A stretch of 64,000 nt of DNA from Patescibacteria group bacterium (GCA_018970425.1 JAGWWK010000001.1:49004-113003); one strand, 5' to 3'. Positions 28,217 to 39,188 are shown, numbered from the stretch's first letter. Notes: generated by a model from the letters alone, not told the origin. Numbers and translations are program-made.

Positions 28217-30733
28217 TCATGCGGCGTACTCCTTGAGAAAACTGACCAGCTCCGGGCCATGATTTTTTCTCCAGGCAACGTGCATACGCACGGTCTCGAG
28301 GCATTGTGCTGCAGCCATTTTTGCGCCAGGAGCTTTGTGGGCAGATAGGAACTCTTTCACTTTTCGAGCGTCTTCAGTCGTGTTAAGCACATCAAGCGTA
28401 TGAATAAAGCGCGGCAGGTCATGCCCGCTTGTCCCGTATCGGTCAATAATGGTGGGCCAATGCTTCTCTAACACACCGAGCGCCTCGCGCGCCGCATGCA
28501 GGGTCCGTGATGCTCCGGCAAAAGCGACGCGTGTATCCTGTACGCGGACGGCCGTACTGAGCGCAAACTCAAGTACGCGAGCTGTGCCATGCGGCAAGCT
28601 ACTCAGCGCCGCGAGAATGCGATTTTTTTCCTCATGAAGCTCTACTTCCTTGTGGCGCGCCATCAGCGTTTCAAGACCGCCGGGTTCGCGACCAACCGCC
28701 GCGTACACTGCAAGTCGAAGATCAGGTGGCACGGTTTCGACATGTGGATAGAGAGACTGGAGGTCACTCGTGACTGTCGCGTCTCGGGCGTCCTGTAGCG
28801 CGAACGCGACCAATCCTCGTGTCAGTACATCTGTATACGATTCACCCTTCCGTGCGTGAAGCCCGACCCGTGCCAGTTGTGGGCCGAGCGTGTCTCGCAT
28901 GAATGCGTCGATGAGGCCCTCTTCGCGTTCAGCTTCTACAAATGGCTTGAGTTTTCTCACCGCAACGACGAACGTCCGGAGCACAGAAAAGTCTGTGTCA
29001 GCACGGATAAACGATGACAGTTGGAGTGCGTGAGCTATAGGGACGCGACCAGAAGCCGCAAGAGCAAATGCATCATCTACAAGACGCACGCGCTCGGCGG
29101 GAGTCAGAGTGCCCGCTCCTGCTGCAGCAGAAAGTTCGCTCATCAACCCCTCGTCGTAAGCTACTCGAAAGAATCCCGAGGCATCTGCGTTTAGATTTAT
29201 CACGCCTTTCTTGAGGGAGAGCGTGTCCGTACGTGCGCTCATAAGGTGCTCGCGAGCGTTCGTACCTCGCGTCGTGAGCGGTACGACCCACGGTCGCTCG
29301 TTCACTCGCTCGCCTGATGCGAGGAAACGCTCCTGGGAGAGACGGAGGTCGCCACGATGGCGCTCTGCAGTTATGACCGGATACCCTCCGCGCAGCGTGA
29401 AGTGGCGCATAAGCGTCGCAACGGGCTTACCACTCGAGGCGCTTAGGGCGGCCCACAAATCTTTAGTTTTCGCATTTCCGTACGCATGTGCTTTGAGGTA
29501 CGCGGTCAGCCCCCTGCGGAAGTCGCGCTCACCGAGATACGCAGTGAGCATGCGTATGACCGACGCGCCTTTTGCATAACTTACGGCATCGAAGATTTCA
29601 TTAATTTCAGACGGGTGCGCTACCTCTACCTGGATTGGATGGGTGGACTGAAGTGCATCAAGACGGAGCGCTTCTCCGGCATCGACTTCCACAAACTGCG
29701 TCCACATCTCCCACTCAGGGAATAGGTGGTTAAGTGCGACGTACTCGATATAGTTTGCAAATCCCTCATTCAGCCACAGGTCAGTCCACCACTCCATAGT
29801 CACTAGATTTCCAAACCATTGGTGCGCTAACTCGTGCGCAATCACGAGCGCGACGCGCTGCTTATTCTGGAGCGATGAATGCTGCGGGTCATAGAGAAGC
29901 GCTGTCTCTCTATAGGTGATTGCACCCCAGTTTTCCATTGCTCCTGCGGCAAAGTCCGGGATCGCTATATGGTCAACCTTTGTGAGCGGATAGGGGATGC
30001 GAAAATACTCCTCATAAAAATCAAGGCAACGCACCGCGGTGTCGAGCGCGAACGCGGCTTGCTGCTTCTTGCCTATGGGGGTGTACACGCGAGTGACTAC
30101 GCCGCGCTTTGAACGCCCTTCAAGATACTCAAGTTCTCCCACAACACAAGCGACGAGGTACGTAGACATCCGTGGAGTCGGCGCGAACGTTACAGTACGC
30201 GTACCCTCCGACACAGTTGACGACACTTCTTGCGTGTTAGAAATCGCGGAAAGGGATGCATCGACGACGAGCGTTATCTCGAACACTGCTTTCTTGTCCG
30301 GCTCGTCAAAGCAGGGAAACACCTGGCGCGCGAATGTTGACTCAAACTGAGTGACCGCGAGTACCTTCTCGACGCCATCTACGCGGTAGGTACTGCGGTA
30401 CAGTCCGCGCATCTTTTCCTGAATTGGCCCGGAAAAGACTATCTGAAGAGTGCCAGACCCCTTCGGCAGTGCCCGTGGGAAGGTGAGTGTCACCGTTTCT
30501 GACTTAGGGGAGAAGCGATGCGTACCCGCAAGCTCACCCACGGCACTGCGAACGCTCACACGGTCAATAGTGAGTCCCGAGGCATGCAGGACGAGTGTTT
30601 TAGATGCTTTAGTAAGTCGGTACGCAATGCGCACTGAGCCGCGAAAGGTATACGAGCGAAGGTCCGGCTCGAGCGTGAGCTCGTACCGTTCAGGAATACA
30701 GGTATTTGTAAGTCGAACAGAGTGTAAAGGCAT
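28217..30733 (-). CDS. pepN: M1 family aminopeptidase
   Basis: GAMENWG, HELAHQWFGNLVT...WLNEGFA, YAKG. Confidence 0.94.
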   Translation of the reverse strand: MPLHSVRLTNTCIPERYELTLEPDLRSYTFRGSVRIAYRLTKASKTLVLHASGLTIDRVSVRSAVGELAGTHRFSPKSETVTLTFPRALPKGSGTLQIVFSGPIQEKMRGLYRSTYRVDGVEKVLAVTQFESTFARQVFPCFDEPDKKAVFEITLVVDASLSAISNTQEVSSTVSEGTRTVTFAPTPRMSTYLVACVVGELEYLEGRSKRGVVTRVYTPIGKKQQAAFALDTAVRCLDFYEEYFRIPYPLTKVDHIAIPDFAAGAMENWGAITYRETALLYDPQHSSLQNKQRVALVIAHELAHQWFGNLVTMEWWTDLWLNEGFANYIEYVALNHLFPEWEMWTQFVEVDAGEALRLDALQSTHPIQVEVAHPSEINEIFDAVSYAKGASVIRMLTAYLGERDFRRGLTAYLKAHAYGNAKTKDLWAALSASSGKPVATLMRHFTLRGGYPVITAERHRGDLRLSQERFLASGERVNERPWVVPLTTRGTNAREHLMSARTDTLSLKKGVINLNADASGFFRVAYDEGLMSELSAAAGAGTLTPAERVRLVDDAFALAASGRVPIAHALQLSSFIRADTDFSVLRTFVVAVRKLKPFVEAEREEGLIDAFMRDTLGPQLARVGLHARKGESYTDVLTRGLVAFALQDARDATVTSDLQSLYPHVETVPPDLRLAVYAAVGREPGGLETLMARHKEVELHEEKNRILAALSSLPHGTARVLEFALSTAVRVQDTRVAFAGASRTLHAAREALGVLEKHWPTIIDRYGTSGHDLPRFIHTLDVLNTTEDARKVKEFLSAHKAPGAKMAAAQCLETVRMHVAWRKNHGPELVSFLKEYAA

Positions 30734-30763
30734 ATACCAGTAAGCATACGGTATACTTCGCCC

Positions 30764-31486
30764 ATGAACCAAGGGTTTCTCGCAAAAACTGGCTCATTTG
30801 AGGGACCACTCGACCTACTTCTTTCACTCGTCGAGGAGCGCAAAATGCTCATTTCTGATGTATCACTCCGCGAGGTTGCGGACGACTTTATAGCATTTAT
30901 CTCGAGGCAAGATGCATACCCGGCGGAAGCGGCGGCACATTTTTTAGTTGTTGCCGCGACACTCTTACTTATTAAGTCGAAAGCGCTCCTCCCTGTACTC
31001 GAGCTCACTGACGAGGAGCAGGGAGACATTAAAGACCTCGAGCGGCGGCTTGCGATTCTCGCGGGCATTCGTGACGCTGCGCGAGGGCTGAGCTCGAGGG
31101 CGCGCTCTTATGTGGCTCCAGGACTTGTTATACGATCACCCTTGTTTATTCCCTCTGCGGACCTCAGCGTGGCTGCGCTCGTAGCGCACGCCGATGCAGT
31201 AGTTGCCGCGTTTCCGAAACCTGCCTCGCGGCCACTGGTCGCCGTTACTCCCGTGATGTCCCTCGATGAGATGATTCAGTCGATTTCGGCGCGGATTGAG
31301 CGCGCGATCAGGCTCTCATTTTCTGATGTAACAAGAGGAGCGCAGTCAGCGAAGGAGGTGGTAGTGAGCTTTCTCGCGCTCCTAGAGCTTGTTAAGCAGG
31401 GGAGGGCTCGTGCTGAACAAGGTGCGCATTTTGATGAAATTACGATAGAATATGCGGGTGACCTCAACGCTCCACGCTATGACTAA
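30764..31486 (+). CDS. scpA: Segregation/condensation protein A
   Basis: FEGPLDLLLSL, FLALLELVK. Confidence 0.92.
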   Translation: MNQGFLAKTGSFEGPLDLLLSLVEERKMLISDVSLREVADDFIAFISRQDAYPAEAAAHFLVVAATLLLIKSKALLPVLELTDEEQGDIKDLERRLAILAGIRDAARGLSSRARSYVAPGLVIRSPLFIPSADLSVAALVAHADAVVAAFPKPASRPLVAVTPVMSLDEMIQSISARIERAIRLSFSDVTRGAQSAKEVVVSFLALLELVKQGRARAEQGAHFDEITIEYAGDLNAPRYD

Positions 31487-32015
31487 TGTACCCGTTTCAG
31501 TAGCTCTCGAAGCGATCCTTCTCTTCCGAGGTGGGGTAATGGATATCAAGGAACTCGCGAACGCGCTTGACCTCACCCCTGAGGACATTGAAGCGCATCT
31601 TACTGAACTAGGCGTATCTCTCACCGGTCGCGGCAGTGCGCTCATCAGGGAAGGACCACGAGTACTTCTCGGAACTGCTCCAGAGGCTCAGGAAGCTATC
31701 GACGCGCTACGAACGGCAGACCTTGAGGGACCCCTCGGAAAAGCCGGTCTCGAGACTCTTGCTATCGTACTGTACCTTGGACCGGTCTCGCGGTCGGACA
31801 TAGAGTATATTCGCGGTGTTCAGTCGTCATCTACTGTGCGGACACTTCTTATGCGCGGGCTTATAGAGCGCAATGAATCCGGCGGCAAAACTCGGTACCG
31901 TATAACGCCTGATGCTCTCGCGTATCTGGGCGCGCGCTCACTCAGCGACATTCCCGAATTTGCGAAGACGCAGGACTCACTTCGCGCTCTTATGCCACAA
32001 GAATCTGCCTCATGA
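31479..32015 (+). CDS. scpB: Segregation/condensation protein B
   Basis: LEAILL, LETLAIV.Y..PVSRSDIEYIRGV. Confidence 0.92.
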   Translation: MTNVPVSVALEAILLFRGGVMDIKELANALDLTPEDIEAHLTELGVSLTGRGSALIREGPRVLLGTAPEAQEAIDALRTADLEGPLGKAGLETLAIVLYLGPVSRSDIEYIRGVQSSSTVRTLLMRGLIERNESGGKTRYRITPDALAYLGARSLSDIPEFAKTQDSLRALMPQESAS

Positions 32016-32914
32016 TATCGAAGAACGCCGGTGCATTGATTGTTGGTGCCGTAATCGGAACAGCAGGTCTTCTGCTTACGCTGCCAGAACCGAGCACGTA
32101 CGCTATGACACGTTCGCCTCAGTGTGCGGAAGCTCTGCAATCGCCGGAACTTCGTGCTCGAGCCGCGTATGTTGAGGATTTAACCACGGGCGCGGTACTG
32201 TACAAGCTGAATGATGAAACCCAGCTTCCTATCGCATCGCTCACTAAACTCCTCACGGTTCTCACTGCGCTACCATTGGTGCCGCAGTCAGTACCTATTG
32301 ATGCGCGAGCCCTTGCTGAGGACGGTGAGGACGGGCTGCGGGCAGGGGACCAATGGGTCGCAGTAGACCTGGCGCGTTTTGTACTCATTGAATCATCAAA
32401 CGACGGCGCAGCCGCGCTCGCGTTTGCGGCGGAACAGAATGGAAACGGTAAGGGAGCGTTTATCGCTGCGATGAACCGGCGCGCGCAGGCGCTCGAACTT
32501 CCGCAGACATTTGTGCTCAATGAAACCGGCCTCGACATGTCGAAAAGTATGGCAGGGGCGTATGGTTCCGCGCGTGACATGGCACACCTGATCGCTGCGG
32601 CAGTGCGGCTCGCGCCCGACGTGACTCAACGGTCTACCACTCGTGTCTGGGACGTGACCAGTGCAAGCGGTCGCGTGTATGCTGCACGCAATACCACGCC
32701 GCTCCCAAGCCAACTTTCCGGCGCTATCGCTTCTAAAACAGGCTATACGGACCTCGCAGGGGGCAATCTTGCGCTTGTGGTAGAGGTTTTACCAGGTCGC
32801 CCGGTGGCACTTGCGGTCCTCGGCTCTACGCGAGCAGGTCGCGAGACTGATGCACAGGCACTGATCGAGTACGCTACATTAGAACTTAAGCGGAGAGCCG
32901 CCTGCACACTATGA
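32012..32914 (+). CDS. D-alanyl-D-alanine carboxypeptidase (S11)
   Basis: IASLTK (SxxK), SSN (SxN), KTG. Confidence 0.88.
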   Translation: MISKNAGALIVGAVIGTAGLLLTLPEPSTYAMTRSPQCAEALQSPELRARAAYVEDLTTGAVLYKLNDETQLPIASLTKLLTVLTALPLVPQSVPIDARALAEDGEDGLRAGDQWVAVDLARFVLIESSNDGAAALAFAAEQNGNGKGAFIAAMNRRAQALELPQTFVLNETGLDMSKSMAGAYGSARDMAHLIAAAVRLAPDVTQRSTTRVWDVTSASGRVYAARNTTPLPSQLSGAIASKTGYTDLAGGNLALVVEVLPGRPVALAVLGSTRAGRETDAQALIEYATLELKRRAACTL

Positions 32915-33972
32915 TTGACGTAATACGCATCTTACTCCCTGCGGTTGTCGCGTTCATCGTGGGCATTGCGCTCTCACCCGTGGTGACGCACTACCTCTAC
33001 AAGTACAAGGCATGGAAAAAGCATGGCGGAAAACGTGCACTCGATGGGACAGAGGCAACCGAATTTGCGCGACTGCATAAAGCTACTGAGACCAAAACAC
33101 CCCGAATGGGTGGGATTGTTATCTGGGGCTCGCTTGCGCTGACAGCGGCGGCGTTTTGGCTCGTGTCTATGCTTGCACCCAGTACAACAACCGAAAGTCT
33201 CAACTTCATCAATAGGAATCAGACTTGGATTCCACTCATGACACTTTTGGTAGGTGCCTTTGTTGGTCTCGTAAATGACATACTTGATGTTGTAGACAAA
33301 CCTCAGCCGCTTGGCCTGCCGCTCTCGGTACGACTCGCGATTATCACACTGCTCTCTCTTGGTATCGGCTGGTGGTTTTACACTAAGCTTGGCATCACCT
33401 CGATTGGTATTCCGTTTTTAGAGCCACTCCACCTCGGAGTATTCATAGTACCGCTCTTCATCGGCACCACACTCTTTGTATACGCTTCTGGCGTCATTGA
33501 TGGCATTGACGGGCTGTCAGGCGGTGTCTTTGCCTCGATATTTAGCGGATATGCATTCATTGCGTTTGCAAATGGCCAGTACGATCTCGCGGCATTCTGC
33601 GCCGCACTTGTTGGTGCACTACTCGCGTTTCTATGGTTTAACGTGCCTCCCGCTCGGTACTGGATGACTGAAACTGGCACGATGTCTCTCACACTGACTC
33701 TTGCCGCGATCGCGTTTCTTACTGATCTGAAGGGTGAGGGGAACGGGATCGCGGTACTCCCGGTCATTGGATTTCTCCTGGTAGCGACAGTGGCGTCAAA
33801 TGTGCTCCAGATCGGATGGAAACGTTTCTTTAAGCGAAAGCTCTTTCGCATCGCACCTCTCCACCACCACTTCGAGGCAATCGGCTGGTCGCAGCCAAAG
33901 GTGACGATGCGGTACTGGATCCTTTCTCTCATTTTGTGCATTTCCGGCGTCACACTCGCGCTCCTCGGTTAA
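32911..33972 (+). CDS. mraY: Phospho-N-acetylmuramoyl-pentapeptide transferase
   Basis: TPRMGG, DGIDGL, FNVPPA, APLHHHFE. Confidence 0.92.
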   Translation: MIDVIRILLPAVVAFIVGIALSPVVTHYLYKYKAWKKHGGKRALDGTEATEFARLHKATETKTPRMGGIVIWGSLALTAAAFWLVSMLAPSTTTESLNFINRNQTWIPLMTLLVGAFVGLVNDILDVVDKPQPLGLPLSVRLAIITLLSLGIGWWFYTKLGITSIGIPFLEPLHLGVFIVPLFIGTTLFVYASGVIDGIDGLSGGVFASIFSGYAFIAFANGQYDLAAFCAALVGALLAFLWFNVPPARYWMTETGTMSLTLTLAAIAFLTDLKGEGNGIAVLPVIGFLLVATVASNVLQIGWKRFFKRKLFRIAPLHHHFEAIGWSQPKVTMRYWILSLILCISGVTLALLG

Positions 33973-33973
33973 C

Positions 33974-35068
33974 ATGCGCGCCTCGATAGACAGAACACTT
34001 GTCGCGCTCATTGCAGTTATAGCCACTCTGGGTGTCATCGTCTTTTTTTCCGCTGCGCTCCCGCTTCTTGTTGAAGGTCCGCGAGCGTTCACCTCTGCGC
34101 TCATTTCACAGCTTGGCCTCGGACTGGTCGGCGGAAGCGTTGCCGCATATATGCTTGTTCGAGTTCCTCTGAGCGTGTACCGTACCTACGCCCCGCACAT
34201 TTTTGTAGCAGGAATTGTTCTAACCGCATTGGTATTTGCCCCGTACATTGGCGTATCCGCGAACGGGGCATCGCGCTGGATTGATCTCGGGTTCACCACA
34301 TTTCAGCCATCCGAGTTTTTAAAAATTGGCTACATTCTACTTGTCGCCGCGATCCTCGCTCGCGGGAAAGAACTCGGAGCAGATTATAGGCGGGGTGTTA
34401 TACCGGTTGCCGCAGTATCTATACTTGTTGCAGTCCTCTTACTCCTCCAGCCGGACACTGACACCCTTGTTCTCATGCTTGCGGCGAGCGGGGCGATGCT
34501 CTTCGCGTCTGGACTATCATATCGCGACATAGGGATCGGCATTGCGATCGTGGTCCTTGGAGTGGCGATCCTCGCCTCTCAACGCCCATACTTGCTCGAT
34601 CGATTTACCACCTACTGGAATCCATCTAATGACCCCCAGGGCGCCGGGTACCACGTTATCCAGTCCACGCTCGCTGTCGGGGCAGGTGAAGCGTTTGGGC
34701 GAGGATACGGCTTAAGCGTACAAAAGTTTACACACCTTCCCGAGGCAAGTTCCGATGCTATCTTCGCGGTCTACGCAGAAGAGTTCGGTTTTATTGGCTC
34801 GATTCTCCTTGTCGCGCTCATGAGCGGATTTATACTCCGCGGGTTATGGCTTGCGGCGCGAGCGCAAGAACTGTTTGGCGCTCTCACGGCGCTTGGCATT
34901 GTCACGCTCCTCGGGAGTCAAATGCTCCTCAACATAGCAGCAATGATAGGTCTCGTGCCGGTAGGAGGATTTCCGCTTCCGTTTGTCTCGCAGGGCGGTT
35001 CTGCCTTGTTTATGACTCTCGCGCTCTCAGGCATTCTTCTCGCTGTATCCAAAACCGTGCGGCGATAA
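33974..35068 (+). CDS. ftsW: SEDS glycosyltransferase FtsW
   Basis: NGASRWI, FQPSEFLK, LPEASSD.IFA..EEFG, LPFVSQGGS; lies between mraY and murG. Confidence 0.9.
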   Translation: MRASIDRTLVALIAVIATLGVIVFFSAALPLLVEGPRAFTSALISQLGLGLVGGSVAAYMLVRVPLSVYRTYAPHIFVAGIVLTALVFAPYIGVSANGASRWIDLGFTTFQPSEFLKIGYILLVAAILARGKELGADYRRGVIPVAAVSILVAVLLLLQPDTDTLVLMLAASGAMLFASGLSYRDIGIGIAIVVLGVAILASQRPYLLDRFTTYWNPSNDPQGAGYHVIQSTLAVGAGEAFGRGYGLSVQKFTHLPEASSDAIFAVYAEEFGFIGSILLVALMSGFILRGLWLAARAQELFGALTALGIVTLLGSQMLLNIAAMIGLVPVGGFPLPFVSQGGSALFMTLALSGILLAVSKTVRR

Positions 35069-35089
35069 GCTTTTTGCTATACTACGGGT

Positions 35090-36229
35090 ATGAAGATTGT
35101 CTTAACCGGGGGTGGTACAGGAGGACACTTCTATCCCATGCTCGCAGTCGCCGAGGCAATCCGCGACCTTGTTGCAGAGCGTAAGCTCCTCGAGCCGGAG
35201 CTCTATTTCTTCGGTCCAAATGTTCTTGATGAGCGTGCGCTGTTTGATCTCGACATTTCCTTCGTCAACACTCCCGCTGGAAAGGTACGCCGATACGCGT
35301 CGATACTCAATGTAACTGACGCACTTCAGACCGGCGTGGGTATTGTTTCCACCCTCATTCGCCTGTATCAACTCTACCCGGACGTAGTTTTTTCAAAGGG
35401 AGGATATGGTGCCGGCCCCACACTGATCGCGGCGCGGATCCTCGGTATACCGGTGGTCATACACGACTCTGACGCGGTTCCCGGACGCGCGACTCTGTTT
35501 GCCGCTCCGTTCGCGAGGCGCATTGCGCTCAGCTTTGACGGCGCGGCGGAACAGCTTCCTGTCCCTCTTCGCGGAAAGGTTGCGGTGACCGGTAACCCTA
35601 TCCGACGCGAACTACGCACACCGGCTCGCGAAGGAGCAAAGGAGTTTCTTGAGCTTACTGATCACGTGCCGACGCTTCTCATTCTTGGAGGTTCGCAGGG
35701 AGCGCAAGCTCTCAATAACGCAATCCTCGAGGCACTGCCGGAATTAGTCCAGCACTACAATGTCGTGCATCAAACCGGGGAGGGGAACCATGCTTCAGTC
35801 TTACAAACAGCGCAGGTAGTGCTCGATAAAAACGAGCGCCGATACCGCTACAAGGCGTTTCCATTTCTTTCGCCGCTTGCGCTTAAGATGGCTGCGGGTG
35901 CTGCTGATCTGGTCATCAGTCGCGCGGGGTCCGGAAGTATTTTTGAAATCGCTTCATGGAAGGCCGCATCTATTCTAGTTCCTCTACCGGGCTCCGCGCA
36001 GGACCACCAGCGCGCAAACGCATACGCGTACGCTCGAGCTGGAGCTTGTACCGTACTTGAGCAGGCAAATCTGACGCCGCACATTCTTGTAGCGGAAATA
36101 GAGCGGCTATTTACGAACCCTAAGGCGCGGTCTGATATGGGTGAGGCTGCGAGTCGCTTTGCGCGCCCAGACGCCTCTCGAGCGATCGCGGAAGCAGTCC
36201 TTGATGTTGCGCTCGAGCACGCCGCATAG
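35090..36229 (+). CDS. murG: MurG glycosyltransferase
   Basis: TGGGTGGH, TGNPIR, GGSQGA, SRAGSG, HQRANA. Confidence 0.95.
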   Translation: MKIVLTGGGTGGHFYPMLAVAEAIRDLVAERKLLEPELYFFGPNVLDERALFDLDISFVNTPAGKVRRYASILNVTDALQTGVGIVSTLIRLYQLYPDVVFSKGGYGAGPTLIAARILGIPVVIHDSDAVPGRATLFAAPFARRIALSFDGAAEQLPVPLRGKVAVTGNPIRRELRTPAREGAKEFLELTDHVPTLLILGGSQGAQALNNAILEALPELVQHYNVVHQTGEGNHASVLQTAQVVLDKNERRYRYKAFPFLSPLALKMAAGAADLVISRAGSGSIFEIASWKAASILVPLPGSAQDHQRANAYAYARAGACTVLEQANLTPHILVAEIERLFTNPKARSDMGEAASRFARPDASRAIAEAVLDVALEHAA

Positions 36230-36268
36230 CCGATTGTTGCTCCTTTTCTCCCTTGCTATAGTGGACCT

Positions 36269-37612
36269 ATGACCCCCGTCGTTACGCGTATAGCACCGAG
36301 CCCTACAGGGTTTCTCCACTTTGGTCTTGCGCGAACGGCTCTTTTTTCTTACCTGTTTGCCCGCAAGCACGGCGGGCGCTACATTCTGAGAATTGAAGAC
36401 ACCGACGTCGACCGAAGTAAGTCTGAATACCGCGAGGACATTGAGGCGCAGCTCACCTGGCTCGGTCTTGTGCCCGACGAGCGCTTTGTTCAGTCCGAGA
36501 ACCGGGAGCGACACACCGAATGCCTGAAAGCGCTACTCGCCTCGGGTCGTGCTTACGAAAGTGAGGAGCCTGCAAAAGACGATCCGAGCCGCACAGTTCG
36601 GGTTATTAGACTGAAAAATCCAGGCGAAACCGTAACATTCATAGACCTCATTCGGGGTGAAATTACCTTTGATACGACTGAGCTCGGTGATTTTGTCATC
36701 GCACGCTCAGTGACGGACCCTCTGTACCATCTCGCTGTTGTTGTCGATGATTTTGACGAAGGGGTGACGCATATTATTCGAGGCGACGACCATATTTCAA
36801 ACACTCCACGACACGTTCTGATTCAGCGCAGCCTCGGGTTTACGACACCGGCGTACGCGCACCTACCGCTCATTCTGATGCCTGATCGCACCAAGATGTC
36901 GAAGCGTAAGCATGAGACGGCTGTAAAGTCTTTCCGAGAGCGTGGATTTTTGCCCGGCGCGTTACTCAACTACCTTGCACTACTCGGCTGGAACCCGGGG
37001 ACACCGCAGGAATTCTTTTCTCTTCCTGAGCTGATTGAATCCTTCTCACTCGAGAAGTTGCATACCAGTGGAGCCGTGTTTGATGAGACAAAGCTCCTCT
37101 GGTTTAACCGCGAGTACATGCGGCAAATGTCTCCTGAGGCGTTCTGGGAGCACGCAGAGGAGTACCTGTCAGAGGAAACAGTTGCAATGCTCGACACTAC
37201 AAATATGTGGCGCGATGTCGTACCGCTTATGCGTGAACGCGCATCAACCTTCGGTGAAATTCGCGCAGCCGACGCGGCAGGGGAGTACCGATACTTCTAT
37301 ACTGCTCCAGTACTTGACCCTGCACTCCTTCCTTGGAAAGGCGCCGACCCGGCAGGCTGTGCCGCTCACCTTATGGCTGTGCTCGCGCTTCTTGAGGCGC
37401 ATATCGGGGATTGGACACACGACGCGATTAAAGCGATTCTCTGGGACTACGCAGATGAACACGGCAGGGGACAAGTGCTGTGGCCACTTCGCTACGCGCT
37501 CTCTGGCAAGGATAAGTCCCCTGACCCCTTCACTATCGCAGGTATTATAGGTAGAGATGAGACGCTTCGCCGCATTACTGGTGCTCTTGAGCTTGTGCGC
37601 GGTAAGCACTAG
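36269..37612 (+). CDS. gltX: Glutamate--tRNA ligase
   Basis: RIAPSPTGFLHFG, RIEDTD, THIIRGDDH, KMSKR. Confidence 0.94.
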   Translation: MTPVVTRIAPSPTGFLHFGLARTALFSYLFARKHGGRYILRIEDTDVDRSKSEYREDIEAQLTWLGLVPDERFVQSENRERHTECLKALLASGRAYESEEPAKDDPSRTVRVIRLKNPGETVTFIDLIRGEITFDTTELGDFVIARSVTDPLYHLAVVVDDFDEGVTHIIRGDDHISNTPRHVLIQRSLGFTTPAYAHLPLILMPDRTKMSKRKHETAVKSFRERGFLPGALLNYLALLGWNPGTPQEFFSLPELIESFSLEKLHTSGAVFDETKLLWFNREYMRQMSPEAFWEHAEEYLSEETVAMLDTTNMWRDVVPLMRERASTFGEIRAADAAGEYRYFYTAPVLDPALLPWKGADPAGCAAHLMAVLALLEAHIGDWTHDAIKAILWDYADEHGRGQVLWPLRYALSGKDKSPDPFTIAGIIGRDETLRRITGALELVRGKH

Positions 37613-38867
37613 CGCGTACGCGAACGAGGATATTCGCTCACGCATCGATGAGCAACAAAAAAAGATCCAAGCTCTCGAGCGTGAAATAGCACAGTACGAA
37701 GCGGCGCTCGCTGAAATAGGCAAAAGCAAGGCGACGCTTTCGAGCGAGGTTACGAGAATCGATACCTCGCGACGGAAGATAGCCGCGGACATTGCGCGAA
37801 CGCGTGAAACCATATCGGAGACATCACTCGAAATTGATCGTCTGACTTCGGAGATCGGTGATCGTACCACGCGAATTGCGCTTGGACGGCAAGGTATTGA
37901 ATCGACCCTCCGCGAGCTTGCCTATGCGCAAGACGCCACGCTCGTTGAACTCTATGCGTCTTCGGGCGGTCTCAGCGCATTCTGGGAGACAGTAGACTCC
38001 ATAGACGCGCTCCAGCGCGGCATTCGGGATGCCGCGACGACTCTCAAAAAAGAGCAGGAAGCCCTCGCTGAAGCGAGAAGCGGTGAATCTGCTCGAAAAG
38101 CGCGCCTCTCGTCTCTCGCTGAGGAGCTTTCAGGTCAAAAACAAGTTCTTGATGGTACGCGCAGTGAGCGGGCCGCTCTCCTTGCCTCAACGCGGCAAAG
38201 CGAAGCCGCTTTTGAGCGATTGCTAAAGGAAAAACAGGAGGCGCGACTCGCCTTTGAGCGAGAGCTCGAGTCATTTGAGGCACAGCTGAGCTACCAGGGA
38301 AATCTCAGCCTCCTGCCACCCGTCGGACGCGGAGTTTTGTCATGGCCCCTCGACCCCGCGTTTCTTGAACGCTGTGCCTCACGGTTTGCATCGCTTAAGA
38401 ATCGCTATTGTTTGACGCAGTACTTCGGTAATACTGAGTTTGCAAGAAGCGGTGCGTACCGCGGAGCCCCGCACAATGGCATAGACTTTGGTACACCAAC
38501 AGGCACTAAGGTGCTTGCCGCGGCAGCGGGCGAAGTTGTGGCCGTCGGTGACACAGACGCCTTCCGTGGTTGTTACAGCTACGGAAAGTGGATTTTGATA
38601 CGGCACCAGATCGGACTTACGACACTGTACGCACACCTCTCACACATTGGAGTACGCGCAGGCGATGTCGTCTCAAATAGCCAGTTCATTGGATACACCG
38701 GAAAAACCGGATACGCGACGGGACCGCACCTACATTTCACCGTGTTCGCTTCAGACGGCGTGCGAGTCGTCAGAATGGGCGAAATAAAAGAACGCACCAA
38801 GTGCGCTAATGCTACCGTTCCTGTAGCGCCGACTGGTGCATATCTCGACCCGATGACGTATCTCTAG
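37557..38867 (+). CDS. Secreted coiled-coil + M23 metallopeptidase
   Basis: Signal peptide, long coiled coil, HNGID, YAHL, TGPHLHF. Confidence 0.9.
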   Translation: MRRFAALLVLLSLCAVSTSAYANEDIRSRIDEQQKKIQALEREIAQYEAALAEIGKSKATLSSEVTRIDTSRRKIAADIARTRETISETSLEIDRLTSEIGDRTTRIALGRQGIESTLRELAYAQDATLVELYASSGGLSAFWETVDSIDALQRGIRDAATTLKKEQEALAEARSGESARKARLSSLAEELSGQKQVLDGTRSERAALLASTRQSEAAFERLLKEKQEARLAFERELESFEAQLSYQGNLSLLPPVGRGVLSWPLDPAFLERCASRFASLKNRYCLTQYFGNTEFARSGAYRGAPHNGIDFGTPTGTKVLAAAAGEVVAVGDTDAFRGCYSYGKWILIRHQIGLTTLYAHLSHIGVRAGDVVSNSQFIGYTGKTGYATGPHLHFTVFASDGVRVVRMGEIKERTKCANATVPVAPTGAYLDPMTYL

Positions 38868-38921
38868 ACTATACTTAGTGATAAAGGTCGAACATTAGAC
38901 GCATCTTTAAACGACTCACGC

Positions 38922-39125
38922 ATGAAATATTTACACTACGCAGCGCTTATCCTCGTCATTGTAGGAGGTCTTAATTGGGGCCTGTTCGCGTTCCAGTTGA
39001 ATCTGGTCAATATCCTCTTTGGAACTCTACCAGCCCTTGAGCAAGCGGTGTACCTCTTGGTAGCCCTTTCTGCTGTGTACCTTGCGTTCTCGCACTGGAA
39101 TGAGTGCAAGACGTGCTCCGTGTAA
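38922..39125 (+). CDS. DUF378-family small membrane protein
   Basis: LVIVGGLNWGL...NLV..LFG...VYLLV. Confidence 0.85.
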   Translation: MKYLHYAALILVIVGGLNWGLFAFQLNLVNILFGTLPALEQAVYLLVALSAVYLAFSHWNECKTCSV

Positions 39126-39144
39126 AGCCGCACGAAGCCTGATT

Positions 39145-39173
39145 CAAAAACCCCGCGCTATGCGGGGTTTTTG
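39145..39173. terminator. Bidirectional intrinsic terminator
   Basis: CAAAAACCCCGC-GCTAT-GCGGGGTTTTTG between convergent genes. Confidence 0.85.
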
Positions 39174-39188
39174 CTGTCACGTCATATG

